Assembly (NCBI GenBank): GCA_964016885.1
Contig: OZ024741.1
Span: 224,874,001-224,938,000 of the forward strand
Length of the DNA: 64,000 bases
Reading direction: 5' to 3'
Source: Eledone cirrhosa
Lineage: Eukaryota
The notes under the pieces were generated by a model. That model ran no database searches. It was not told the origin of the DNA and saw only the letters and a program-made list of their open reading frames with translations. This document shows positions 1 through 12,685 of the stretch, one piece after another. The number at the start of each line of letters is the position of its first letter. Within the stretch, counting starts at the first letter, position 1. The translations under genes were made by a program, and so were the position numbers.

Positions 1-1180
1 TAACAGATGAGACCCAACGTAGAAATGTTGACTGGTTAGACACATTGTGAATATGTTAACAGATGAGACCCAACGTAGAAATGTTGACTGGTTAGACACA
101 TTGTGAATATGTTGACAAAGGAGACCCAACGTAGAAATGTTGACTGGTTAGACACATTGTGAATATGTTAACAGATGAGACCCAACGTAGAAATGTTGAC
201 TGGTTAGACACATTGTGAATATGTTGACAGATGAGACCCAACGTAGAAATGTTGACTGGTTAGACACATTGTGAATATGTTAACAGATGAGACCCAACGT
301 AGAAATGTTGACTGGTTAGACACATTGTGAATATGTTAACAGATGAGACCCAACGTAGAAATGTTGACTGGTTAGACACATTGTGAATATGTTGACATAT
401 GAGACCCAACGTAGATATGTTGACTGGTTAGACACATTGTGAATATGTTGACAGATGAGACCCAACGTAGATATGTTGACTGGTTAGACACATTGTGAAT
501 ATGTTGACAAATGAGACCCAACGTAGAAATGTTGACTGGTTAGACACATTGTGAATATGTTAACAAAGGAGACCCAACGTAGAAATGTTGACTGGTTAGA
601 CACATTGTGAATCTGTTAACAGATGAGACCCAACGTAGAAATGTTGACTGGTTAGACACATTGTGAATACGTTGACAGATGAGACCCAACGTAGAAATGT
701 TGACTGGTTAGACACATTGTGAATATGTTGACAGATGAGACCCAACGTAGAAATGTTGACTGGTTAGACACATTGTGAATATGTTGACAGATGAGACCCA
801 ACGTAGATATGTTGACTGGTTAGACACATTGTGAATATGTTGACAGATGAGACCCAACGTAGATATGTTGACTGGTTAGACACATTGTGAATATGTTGAC
901 AGATGAAACCCAACGTAGAAATGTTGACTGGTTAGACACATTGTAAATATGTTGACAAAGGAGACCCAACGTAGAAATGTTGACTGGTTAGACACATTGT
1001 AAATATGTTGACAAAGGAGACCCAACGTAGAAATGTTGACTGGTTAGATACATTGTGAACATGTTGACTGTTGAGACCCAACGTAGAAATGTTGACTGGC
1101 TAGACACATTGTGAATATGTTGACAAAGGAGACTCAATGTGAAAATGTTGACTGGTTAGATACATTTTGAACATGTTGGC
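1..1180. repeat. 56-bp tandem minisatellite (~21 copies), a dimer of two related 28-bp subunits
   Basis: Unit tgttgacagatgagacccaacgtagaaa + tgttgactggttagacacattgtgaata repeats with period 56 and decays at the right end; it runs off the window start. Confidence 0.95.
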
Positions 1181-1496
1181 TGCATTAACACATTAAAGAT
1201 ATTCATTATAGTCATGACATGTAGTTGATTATCGGGTAAATAGAGACCGTATGACGTTCAATGGATAGATAGGCACAGCATGTAAATCTAGACTGAATAG
1301 AAAGGTAACGTGTGCACATGTTAAATTTATAGATAGACACTGGGTGTGTACATGTTGATTGGAAAGCGGAAGAGCGTGTATTGGTGTAGTTGCTATTATT
1401 TAGTTATTAGTCAGCCTTGATGGATCAGGTATATGATCAAAGCCAATCAAGCTATTACTATTCTAACTTTCCCCTGCATTATACATTATAACCGAA

Positions 1497-1600
1497 AGAA
1501 TACAAGCGGCCGAAATGGGGTTCTTCCAAAGGATCTTTGGAGTAACGTTACTCGATAGAGTGTGTAGCTCAGAGATCAGAGTCACTCCAGGTACAGCCGA
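1497..1600 (+). pseudogene. RTE-clade LINE C-terminal fragment
   Basis: Translates as RIQAAEMGFFQRIFGVTLLDRVCSSEIR, resembling the conserved RTE C-terminal motif (IQAAEM.FLRRI.G....DRVRS..IR). Confidence 0.6.
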
Positions 1601-2464
1601 TCGGTCGCACATTTTGGCGTGGGAGACTATTCATTAAATTTAAGATGAATACTATCTCCCACAGTAACGTCACAACTGCCAGTCATGTTGAATAACTGGA
1701 TATTCTTCAAACTATATCTTCTGAAGACACCTTTTATTCGAATTCGTAGAGATATCCGACTAAATACACAATTTATTTTACAAGGATTTGCTACAAATAG
1801 CATGGTCTGACACAATATCAACAAAAACAATTTATCGAACACAAGGAGCGTAAACAATTTACAGGAGAAAACCAGTGAGAAAATCACCAACATTTATGCA
1901 TCTAATAACTGCATATACACTTGTACAGAGACAAAATATATGCACATGCACACATACAACTCAAAACATCCACATCCACACATACAATAACATCCATACC
2001 TGCACACACATGCATGCATACAGACATACATATCTACCTAGTTGATGTTGTTTAAATTCCAATGAGAGAGTCTTGTATCTATGTTAGAAACCGACTCTAT
2101 TGGCAAAAACCCGAAAATTCCTAAACAACACCAGACACTTCCACATCAACAGTGACATAGACCGCGTATCAGTCCAGACAAAATTTGAGTGTCGCATCAC
2201 ATCCCCCGACAACATCTACAAACCTCCAAGCGAAGGCGCCCATCTATTGAGCAAGTCTGTCTGCATGAGATAGATAAGATCATGAGAGTTGGGAAGGAAG
2301 TCATTGAAAGATATCCCCTGCATGATAATAAAAAATACTCACACCCAGGGAAATTTTCCAGCAATACCACAGTGAATCAGCAAACATCATCCAAGAGTAT
2401 GTTGCCAAGGAGGCTCCAAAGTGAGAGTAATATAGATAAGCAATGTAGTCTATTTTAGTAGTGT

Positions 2465-3450
2465 ATCAATACAAAATACCTGATCACAAAAAAAATGGGT
2501 ATGCAGGCAAAACACCTAGATTTAACAACAAATGCAGACTCTGCAGAAATAACATAGAAGATGTCACCTATAAGATAAGCAGCTGTTAAAAGATATCATC
2601 ACGGTACTATCTACCCCTGAGGCATACACACGTACATATACGTACATGCATACATGCATACTTACATACATACATGTATGACAGCACCTACATCATAAAT
2701 AGCTGTTCAAAGATGTCATCATGATATTATCTACTTATGGGGCATGATGCAATCCATATAAAGAAAGCTACTTTCTTGAGGATTACAATAGAAAAGGTTA
2801 CAGATATGGGTTCATATGTACACATTACAAAAGAGTACTGATGGAAAGTTCCAGTAAAGCCCCCTATAAAATGTAAACATAACAGATCAGACATAGGGAT
2901 ATGGGACAGAGAAAAGAAGGCATCCAGAGTAGTGGAGGTGGAACTGCAGAGGCGGTGGAACTTGGAGGAGGAGGCCAGGGGGGTGGGGTGGGGGGGGATG
3001 GCCTCCCCAATAATTCTATTTTTCTCCCCAAACTACCAAAACACACATCTGTTTGTATATGAGATACAATATATGTACATGTTATATTTATCTCATATCA
3101 AAGTTTTTTTTTTATATCTTGGTTGATATTTGATAATAACAAGCTAAACTAATCACTACAACTAAATTGACCAAATTTGGCCCCGCCCTCAATTCAGAAA
3201 TGCTTCCACCACCCCTGAACTACCAAGCAGATGTTAATATAGTATTAAAGATTAGCGACCAGGAAAATATTTGTGTCGAACTAATGAGGAACCTGCAGAT
3301 AATCAACCCTGATTTGGAAAAGTTACTAACTGCATTTGAAAATGTTACTAACTGCCTCAATACTAATCTTGTACTGCTGGGCTTCACAAAACAAGAAAGT
3401 GAACACCTAATTAGGGAATTACAGGTACAGTACATTAATGGGTTTTATAA
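2465..3450 (+). pseudogene. Decayed, interrupted copy of the RLE-type non-LTR element at 6990-7700
   Basis: Blocks similar to 7066-7640, e.g. aaatacctgatcaca...gcaggcaaaacacctaga...tgcagactctgcagaa; ORF 3167-3553 contains KISDQENICVELMRNLQIINPD. Confidence 0.75.
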
Positions 3451-4004
3451 AAATATGTATTTCAGAAATGTAGCAAGTAAAAACGACACATGTATAGACA
3501 TGGAAACATGTATTTCTACACATATACATATGTGTACAACTCAAAATATATAGATCATCACATGCAATGACATCCACACACACAGTGGGAACACACACAA
3601 ACTCATACAAACATACATCCATAATTACCGAGTTGATGTTATCTAAATTTTAATGAAAGAGTATTATTTCTGTGTTAGAAACCGTCTTTTTCTGTATTGG
3701 CGAAAGATAAAATGTTGAAGAACAAAGATACATACATACATCTACTTTTACATAGTTACACACACATAATCATACACTTACATATACACATACACATTTA
3801 CATTCACTCTGACACATGCACCCACAAACATGCAAATATACAGATGGACGCTTAGATGCATACACTAACACACACTCCCAGACACAGGCACACACAACAC
3901 AACCCCTTTCTTTTGTTCCCCACCTGTTTATGTCTGCAAGGGTTTTCTATTAGCTATTGTCATAGCTACTGTACTTCCCACCTTCCACCAATACGATTGC
4001 ATTA

Positions 4005-4740
4005 ACCACCACTACACCACCACCACCACTACCACCACACTACCACCACTAACACCACCAGCACCACCACCACCACACCACCACCACTACCACTACCACC
4101 ACCAACACCACCACCACACCACCACCACCACCACCACCACACCACCACCACTACCACCACCGCCAGCACCACCACCGCCAGCACCAGCAGCAGCACCACC
4201 ACCACAAGCACCAGCCAGCAGCAGCACCACAACATCACAAAACCACCAGCACTACCACAACCACCACACCACACCACCAGCAGCACCACCACTACCACCA
4301 CCAGCACCACCACCAACAACCATCACCAGCACCACCACGACCACCCCCACCATCACTACCAGCACCACCACTACCACTACCAGCAGCACCACCACCATCA
4401 TCACCACCACCACCACCACCACCACCACCACCACCACCACCACTATCACTACCAGCAGCACCACCACCATCACCACAACCATCACCACCATCACCACCAG
4501 CACTACCAGGACCACCACAACCAGCTATTCCTCACACCTACCCCCGCTTCAATCAGTGTAATGTTTTAGCAGATAATTACATTACAACACTTGTCTTCCA
4601 TTACCCTTACATACCTTCATCTCAGAGGGAGAGAGAGAGGAGAGAGGGATAGATAGAGAGGGAGGGGGAGAAAGAGAGGGAAAAGAGAGAGAGAGAGAAA
4701 GAGAGAGAAAGAAAAAGAGAGAGAAAGAAAGAGAGAGAGC
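4005..4740. repeat. (CAC/ACC)n low-complexity tract followed by a (GA)n tract
   Basis: Direct reading. Confidence 0.95.
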
Positions 4741-5289
4741 GTGTTAATATAGTAGTCAATCTGCGTGGTCACTTGACCTGTTAGAAATAACAGTCAAACT
4801 CTCACAAACCAGATCATACCGTCTTAAAAAACTCCACCACATTGGACAATGTGGTTCTATCTTCCTTGTACATAAGAAAAAAGACCGGATGGTTACGACT
4901 AGAATGCCTTTAAGCACAGGGCTATTCGAGCAGTTTTTGACCTGGGGCTAAACGTCAACAACAACACTGAGGGAGCCTCTACGTAGTGGCATGACATGTT
5001 AGAAATAGCAGCTAAATCTCTCTCATATCACATGAAATTGATTTTAAAAGAAAAAAAGGAACACAGCAAATAGTGTGTTCATAGCTTTTCTGCAGACAAG
5101 AGAAAAAAGCTTGATCATCGCTGGAATACCTTTGACCACAAGTCTACTAAAATAGGCTTGATCTGGGGTTAAAAAAAACAAACTTTTATGCCTTTCTTTC
5201 TCTTTCATACCCACCTCATGGCCTTCACATGTCTCCATGTTCCTACTCTCTCTCTCTACACACACACACATATATATATATATATAAGT

Positions 5290-5487
5290 ATAAAGTTTGT
5301 CTTAAGCTAGAAGACTTATTTGGCCGGTGCTTATCCCGGTTTCATGGCGTGAAGCGACTGAAAGTACAAGATTCCCCAGTGGACAGGACGCCAGTCCATT
5401 GCAGGGTTAAACTCCCAGCTATTGGTGGTACTCATTTTCAGCTGAGTATACTGGAGCAACATGAAATGAAGTGTTTTGCTCAAGAAA
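5290..5487 (-). mobile_element. tRNA-derived CORE-like SINE, 5'-truncated
   Basis: Close match to 36075-36275. Confidence 0.75.
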
Positions 5488-5829
5488 TATATATATATAT
5501 ATAATAAAGATGAAATAAAAGATGGTTATAAGAGTTCCATATATTTTTTTATACGTATTTTGAATACAAAATCATCCTGGGACAGATATTGTGATCTCTT
5601 CATATATATATATATATATGAAGAGAACACAATATCTGTCCCAGGATGATTTTGGATTCAACGCCTAAATCAATCAGCTTTAGTAATTCAGTGAAACTAC
5701 ACACCAATTGGTTGAAATACAGTTTGCAGAATTTAGCATTCTGTAGCCGCTTTTCACTGTATATAAGGTACAAAATTTAGCCAACTCATTACAGTTAAAA
5801 ATTGCAAACTTGACTGTCACCACAGAATA

Positions 5830-5868
5830 TGAACCTGAAGATTGCGAAAGCATGAAAGTACTTGTTCA
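5830..5868 (+). ncRNA. Minimal type I hammerhead ribozyme in a Penelope-like remnant (~5620-5975)
   Basis: tgaac-CTGAAGA-t.tgc.gaaa.gca.t-GAAA-gtac-TT-gttca: stem I tgaac/gttca, palindromic stem III GUAC, CUU triplet. Confidence 0.8.
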
Positions 5869-5976
5869 ATTAACACTTAAAATTTAATATTCTACCATAC
5901 TATTTCTAATACCATTATAAATTTTAAAGAATTGCAAATAAAACGAGTAAATCAGACAAAGTTGGAATTCCTTTTA

Positions 5977-6030
<54 letters not shown>

Positions 6031-6038
<8 letters not shown>

Positions 6039-6545
6039 CAAGGGAAAGCAAACAAAGAAAACATTTCAAAATAAATAAAAAAAAATTCACTGTACTTACT
6101 ATATGTGCCCTTACCGCGGTTTCAAATCCCAAACGAATAGATAATCCAGGCGGATTTCTATTGAGAAAGAGATTATCGTCAGAAGCATTTCTCTCTCGGA
6201 GAATATAAAATTCCCGAGTTAAAAATTTCAAACTGGCGCCAATCCAAACTGCCTCAGAATGAGAGCAAATGAATGATAAAACAGTTTTGTCATGGTACCA
6301 TGTGTAAAGGCGAAGCACGGTGGACAAGTCAATCTTGTACTGCTAAAAATAGCAGCCATTCAGACGACTAAAGGTTTCTCTACTGTTGGGGAGAATAATA
6401 ATAAAAGTATGTGATACTACATTTAATTAATACACATAGGGACATAAGTATCGTCCGATCATATGCAAATGTGGTTCAATGGCAAGTTAATAAATTAACA
6501 AGCCAGAACATATAAAATCAAGGGAAAGCAAATAAAGAAAAAATG
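6031..6545 (-). mobile_element. ~480-bp hammerhead-bearing non-coding element with terminal direct repeat (retrozyme/pLTR-like)
   Basis: 31-bp direct repeat at 6031 and 6511; hammerhead at 6106-6187; flanked by (TA)n. Confidence 0.6.
6106..6187 (-). ncRNA. Type I hammerhead ribozyme with extended stem II
   Basis: Minus strand: tgctt-CTGACGA-t.aatctc...gggatt.t-GAAA-ccgcgg-TA-agggca; palindromic stem III CCGCGG, GUA triplet; stem I has one bulge. Confidence 0.75.
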
Positions 6546-6637
6546 TCATATATATATATAACGAAGGAGTTGTGGTAAGGAACCAGATGGACCATAACGC
6601 ACCAGAGTACTCAATACTTAGGCTAGTAGAGTGGGTA

Positions 6638-6757
6638 ATAGGAAAATGTAAGACCCACGACGGCATGCTCAAGCCGTTTCGACGGCTATTTCTGGACTGA
6701 GTCCAGAAATAGCCGTCGAAACGGCTTGAGCTCTGCCGTCGGAGTCATACATTTTCC

Positions 6758-6760
<3 letters not shown>
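6638..6760. repeat. ~120-bp palindrome made of two hammerhead 3' halves
   Basis: Arms centred on 6699; each reads outward as GAAA-cggc...gccg-TC; partial copy at 10047-10110. Confidence 0.8.
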
Positions 6761-6842
<82 letters not shown>

Positions 6843-6989
6843 ATATATATATAATTATATATGTATATATATATATATATATATACACATATGTATGTGT
6901 GTGTTTGTATCATCATCACCATCACCGTTTAACGTCCATTTTCCTCTCTAGCATATGTGTATACATACATACATATATACATACATACA

Positions 6990-7700
6990 TAGTCTATCTT
7001 GGACCAACAACCGCTATATTGGCTCCCACTTTGAAGGATACGCTTTTGCAATCCAAGAACAGGAGATTAACATGAAATACCTGATTCACAAAAGAGATAG
7101 GGATGCAGGCAAAACACCTAGATGTGATAACAAGTGCAGACTCTGCAGAACTAACATCGAGGATATTACCCATGTCATCAGCAGCTGTCCAAATATGTCA
7201 TCGCGGTACTATCTACCTATGAGGCATGATGTAGTGGCCAAAACACTGTACAATGCAGTTCGTAAAAAAGATAGCACCGATAATAAACACATTAAAAGCT
7301 AAATGTGGAAGACATCCATGTACATAATATGAAAGAGAACTGGTGGAATGTTCCAGTAAAAACCACAATAAAATGCAGGTATAACAGACCAGATATTATG
7401 ATATGGGACAGGGAGAAGAAAACATGCACAGTAGAGGAAATTAGCTGCCCAGCAGATGCCAATATAATATCAAAGATTAGTGAAAAGGAGAATATTTATG
7501 CAGAACTGATGAGAAATCTGCAGATACTCCACCCTGATTACACCTTCAGATTTATGCCTGCGATTATTGGGGCACTGGGGTATGTTAATAACTGCCTCAA
7601 TACAAATCTTGAGAAGCTAGGCTTCACAGGAACAGAAAGAGTACAATAAAGCAATGCAGATATCGGATAAGAAGCACTGTACAGTTTGTAAGACTGGAGT
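6990..7700 (+). pseudogene. 3' fragment of an RLE-type (R4/Dong-like) non-LTR retrotransposon
   Basis: AIQEQ, CCHC knuckle CRLC..H..C, RHD, RPDI..EISCP..EK restriction-like endonuclease motif and IIGALG; broken frame near 7300. Confidence 0.85.
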
Positions 7701-7744
7701 ATACATAATATATAAGAACAAAAGATGGTTAAAAGAGTTCCATG

Positions 7745-7824
7745 TATTTTATTATGCGCATTTCAAAAACAAATATCATCATGCAAAATATGCAATAATA
7801 TTTGTGTTTTCATCAGCTAAAATA
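7745..7824 (-). ncRNA. Type I hammerhead ribozyme with long AU-rich stem II
   Basis: Minus strand: tattttag-CTGATGA-aaacacaaatatt...gatatttgttttt-GAAA-tgcgca-TA-ataaaata; palindromic stem III UGCGCA; first stem I pair mismatched. Confidence 0.75.
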
Positions 7825-7860
7825 GGAAGACATGATATGAAGGTTAAAAAACACTTGTGG

Positions 7861-7906
7861 ATAGTGCAGTTTTAAATCAACATATGTTGATTTAAAACTG
7901 CACTAT
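7861..7906. repeat. Perfect 46-bp palindrome
   Basis: atagtgcagttttaaatcaacat-atgttgatttaaaactgcactat. Confidence 0.95.
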
Positions 7907-8204
7907 ACCCCCGTATATATATATATATATACAACGTATATATATATATATACCCCGTATATATATATGGAAGTGTAGGACGTGAGGTCTGTTTGTCGGC
8001 TCCTCCCCAACACTCTCTCTCTATAGGTCTATCTGACAAACATTTTTTCTATCTCTCTCTCTCCTCATCTCTCCCTCGTACTCTCTCTCTCTCACCCACT
8101 CACTCTCTTTTTCTCACTCTTATATTTATCAATACTACTTCACTAGCCAGCCAGTCACTAATGGGCTACATTAATTAACACCTGCCTGTTGTTTATTGGC
8201 CTGA

Positions 8205-9990
8205 GGGTGGTTGTTGATGGTGGTAGTGATGGTGGTGGTGATGGTGGTAGTGATGATGGTAGTGATGGTGGTAGTGATGGTGGTAGTGATGGTGGTAGTG
8301 ATGGTGGTTGTTGATGGTGGTAGTGATGGTGGTAGTGATGGTGGTTGTTGATGGTGGTAGTGATGGTGGTAGTGATGGTGGTGGTGATGGTGGTAGTGAT
8401 GATGGTAGTGATGGTGGTAGTGATGGTGGTAGTGATGGTGGTGGTGATGGTGGTAGTGATGGTGGTAGTGAGGGTGGTTGTTGATGGTTGTAGTGATGGT
8501 GGTAGTGAGGGTGGTAGTGATGGTGGTAGTGAGGGTGGTAGTTATGGTGGTAGTGATGGTGGTAGTGATGGTGGTAGTGATGGTGGTAGTGATGGTGGTA
8601 GTGATGGTGGTGGTGAGGTTGGTTGTTGATGGTGGTGGTGATGGTGGTAGTGATGGTGGTAGTGATGGTGGTAGTGATGGTGGTAGTGATGGTGGTAGTG
8701 ATGGTGGTAGTGATGGTGGTAGTGATGGTGGTGGTGATGGTGGTAGTGATGGTGGTAGTGAGGGTGGTAGTGATGGTGGTAGTGATGGTGGTAGTGATGG
8801 TGGTGGTGAGGTTGGTTGTTGATGGTGGTGGTGATGGTTGTAGTGATGGTGGTAGTGATGGTGGTAGTGATGGTGGTAGTGATGGTGGTAGTGATGGTGG
8901 TAGTGATGGTGGTAGTGATGGTGGTGGTGATGGTGGTAGTGATGGTGGTAGTGAGGGTGGTTGTTGATGGTTGTAGTGATGGTGGTAGTGAGGGTGGTAG
9001 TGATGGTGGTAGTGAGGGTGGTAGTTATGGTGGTAGTGATGGTGGTAGTGATGGTGGTAGTGATGGTGGTAGTGATGGTGGTAGTGATGGTGGTGGTGAG
9101 GTTGGTTGTTGATGGTGGTGGTGATGGTGGTAGTGATGGTGGTAGTGAGGGTGGTAGTGATGGTGGTAGTGAGGGTGGTGGTGATGGTTGTAGTGATGGT
9201 GGTAGTGATGGTGGTAGTGATGGTGGTAGTGATGGTGGTAGTGATGGTGGTAGTGAGGGTGGTAGTGATGGTGGTAGTGATGGTGGTAGTGATGGTGGTA
9301 GTGATGGTGGTAGTGAGGGTGGTAGTGATGGTGGTAGTGAGGGTGGTAGTGATGGTGGTAGTGATGGTGGTAGTGATGGTGGTAGTGATGGTGGTAGTGA
9401 TGGTGGTAGTGATGGTGGTAGTGATGGTGGTAGTGATGGTGGTGGTGATGGTGGTAATGAGGGTGGTAGTTATGGTGGTAGTGATGGTGGTTGTGATGGT
9501 GGTGGTGAGGGTGGTTGTTGATGGTGGTAGTGATGGTGGTAGTGATGGTGGTAGTGAGGGTGGTAGTGAGGGTGGTTGTTGGTGGTGGTGGTGATGGTGG
9601 TGGTGATGGTGGTAGTGATGGTGGTAGTGATGGTGGTAGTGATGGTGGTAGTGATGGTGGTAGTGAGGGTGGTAGTGAGGGTGGTTGTTGGTGGTGGTGG
9701 TGATGGTGGTGGTGATGGTGGTAGTGATGGTGGTAGTGATGGTGGTAGTGATGGTGGTAGTGAGGGTGGTAGTGAGGGTGGTTGTTGGTGGTGGTGGTGA
9801 TGGTGGTGGTGATGGTGGTAGTGAGGGTGGTTGTTGATGGTTGTAGTGATGGTGGTAGTGAGGGTGGTAGTGATGGTGGTAGTGAGGGTGGTAGTGAGGG
9901 TGGTTGTTGGTGGTGGTGGTGATGGTAGTGGTGATGGTGGTGGTGATGTTGTTGTTGTTATTGTTGGTGGTGGTGGTGATGGTGATAATG
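8205..9990. repeat. 12-bp satellite (GGTGGTAGTGAT)n with variant units
   Basis: Direct reading; it accounts for the poly-T/H/P and V/M/G ORFs. Confidence 0.95.
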
Positions 9991-10289
9991 TGGATAGCCA
10001 AATCTGATGCCCTGGTAATCTCTCTCTCTATCTCTCTGAATACATATAGGAACCAGTAAGACCCCGACGGCTGAGCTCAAGCCGTTTCGACGGCTAATTC
10101 TGGACTGAATACATATATATATATATATGTAATATTATATTATATATATACCAGTAATGTACTGGGTACATTACTGGTATATATTTGCTAGCCTTGTGCC
10201 TAAAGTAGAAATAATTATATATATATTATATATGTAATATATGTAATATATATATATATATGTAATATATATATATATATGTCTTTGTC

Positions 10290-10333
<44 letters not shown>

Positions 10334-10540
10334 TATATACAATATACATGTATATATATGTAATATATATATATATATATGTAATATGTATATATATGTA
10401 ATATATATATATATATATGTAATATGTATATATATGTAATATATATATATATGTAATATGTATATATATGTAATATATATATATATATTACATATATTAC
10501 ATTTTAACCATCTTTTAATTTCTTGTTATATATATATATA

Positions 10541-10598
10541 TAAATGTAAGTATGTATGTATACGTACATACATATATGTATACAGACGTACAGTAGCA

Positions 10599-10674
<76 letters not shown>

Positions 10675-11125
10675 TACATACAGGTACACATACATATATG
10701 TACGTATCAGTTTTTGCGGACGCTTATTATAACGCCCGCTTTGTTCCTTTGTAAACAAACTGAACAGCCTGAATTTATGCCGTACGGTGTTAAGGCAACC
10801 ATGTCACCTTTTTGTTCAACACTGACACAGGAACGATGTACTAGTTTCAAGCTTGTTAGCTATCATCAGCACCGTATACCCTTCTGCCAGATGGTTGAAC
10901 GTTCGAAAGTATATACTTTCCTTATGAAAATTAACGGCTGAGCAGCCTAATTTGCATATCGAGTGAGTTCGGCCAGGCGTACCGAGAACGATAAGTTGTA
11001 ATAAAATGAAAACGAAATTTCATTTCTCACTCTTAGTACGGCACTTACTTAAATGTAAGTATGTGCCGTACTAAGAGTGCCGTACTAAGAGTGAGAAATG
11101 AAATTTCGTTTTCATTTTATTACAA

Positions 11126-11130
<5 letters not shown>
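10541..11130 (-). mobile_element. Hammerhead-bearing repeat unit (same family as 40041-40813) with an inverted terminal segment
   Basis: Reverse complement of the 40-kb unit; aaatgtaagtatg recurs at 10542 and 11051; 11074-11130 inverts 10991-11044; (TA)n on both sides. Confidence 0.8.
10833..10875 (-). ncRNA. Minimal type I hammerhead ribozyme
   Basis: Minus strand: acggtg-CTGATGA-t.agct.aaca.agct.t-GAAA-ctag-TA-catcgt. Confidence 0.85.
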
Positions 11131-11173
<43 letters not shown>

Positions 11174-11185
11174 CAGTATTATATC

Positions 11186-11302
11186 TGAGTTCAAATCCCG
11201 CCGAGGTTAACTTTGCCTTTCATTCTTACGGGGTCGATAAAATAAAGTACCAGTAATACACTGCGATAATTACTGCCCTTGTGCCAACAGTAGAAACAAT
11301 TA
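11186..11302 (+). mobile_element. Abundant tRNA-derived SINE (Meta-domain-like), truncated copy
   Basis: B-box-like gagttcaaatccc, core ttgcctttcat.cttacggggtcgataaaataaagtaccag, tail cttgtgccaacagtagaaacaatt. Confidence 0.8.
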
Positions 11303-11525
11303 TATATAAAGTACAACAAACCCCAATGACTGTAAAGGGTTGTTTTCTTGATATGTGTATTAGACAATTCACTGTTACACACACAGACACACACACATAC
11401 ACACATACACATACACACACACTCACACACTCACACACTCACACACAAACGCACGTATTGAGACACGCACACTCGTGCGCACATAAACATATACATGCAC
11501 AGACACCATTTTGTAATATAATTCC

Positions 11526-11651
11526 GTAGTAGTAGTAGTAGTAGTAGTAGTAGTTGTAGTAGTAGTAGTAGTTGTAGTAGTAGTAGTAGTAGTAGTTGTA
11601 GTAGTAGTAGTAGTAGTAGTAGTTGTAGTAGTAGTAGTAGTAGTAGTAGTT

Positions 11652-11696
<45 letters not shown>

Positions 11697-12017
11697 CTAG
11701 TAGTAGTAGTTGTAGTAGTAATAGTATTAGTAGTAGTAGTGCTAGTAGTAGTAGTAGTAGTAATAGTAGTAGTAGTAGTGCTAGTAGTAGTTGTTTTTGT
11801 AGTAGTTGTAGTAGTAGTTGTAGTAGTTGTTGTTGTAGTAGAAGTAATTGTGGTGGTGGCGGTGGTAGTAGTAGTAGTGTGTAGTGGAGGTAGTTGTAGT
11901 GGTGGTGGTAGTGTTAATGGTGGTAGTAGTAGTGGTAGTGGTAGTAGTAGTCGTAGTGGTAGTAGTAGTAGTGGTGATAGTGGTAGTAGTAGTAGTAGTG
12001 GTATTAGTACTAGTAGT

Positions 12018-12052
<35 letters not shown>

Positions 12053-12130
12053 TAGCAGTAGTAGCAGTAGTAGCAGCAATAGTAGTAGTAGTAGTAGTAG
12101 TAGTAGCAGCAGCAGCAGTAGTGGTAGTAA

Positions 12131-12169
<39 letters not shown>

Positions 12170-12223
12170 CAGCAGCAGCAGTAGTGGTAGTAATAGTAGT
12201 AGTAGTAGTAGTAGTAGTGGTAG
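11526..12223. repeat. (TAG)n microsatellite with TGG/CAG variants
   Basis: Direct reading. Confidence 0.95.
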
Positions 12224-12479
12224 TCTTGAGATAATTACGGAGTTTATTTTGTTTCGATGAGTTTTTTTTTACCTGAAAAATGAGAAAAAATGATTTCTTG
12301 ACTAGATACCTCTTCCCCGCCGCCACCTTCACACCCCAGCCTTCTCGAACTGCTGCTAAATACATCACACATTACACACCACCTCCACCACCCCTACCAT
12401 CATCATCACCACCATCATACTCACCCCAACCCCACCATCATCACCACCACCACCACCACAAATAGCATTAGCAGATGAA

Positions 12480-12554
12480 TACACATATATATATATACAC
12501 ATACACTACAAACATTTGCTATTCACACACTCATACATGCACAATCACACACAG

Positions 12555-12589
<35 letters not shown>

Positions 12590-12646
12590 CACATACACTA
12601 CAAACATTTGCTATTCACACACTCATACATGCACAATCACACACAG

Positions 12647-12685
<39 letters not shown>

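Noticed and set aside
1-1180. CRISPR-like regular repeats
   Set aside because: There are no unique spacers, the whole unit repeats, no cas genes are present and the context is eukaryotic
8193-10001. 602-aa Thr/His/Pro-rich ORF (mucin- or extensin-like)
   Set aside because: It is a translation of a 12-bp satellite that drifts between repeat phases, with no unique domain
11423-12368. Poly-Thr, poly-Ser and poly-Val ORFs
   Set aside because: They derive from the (TAG)n microsatellite
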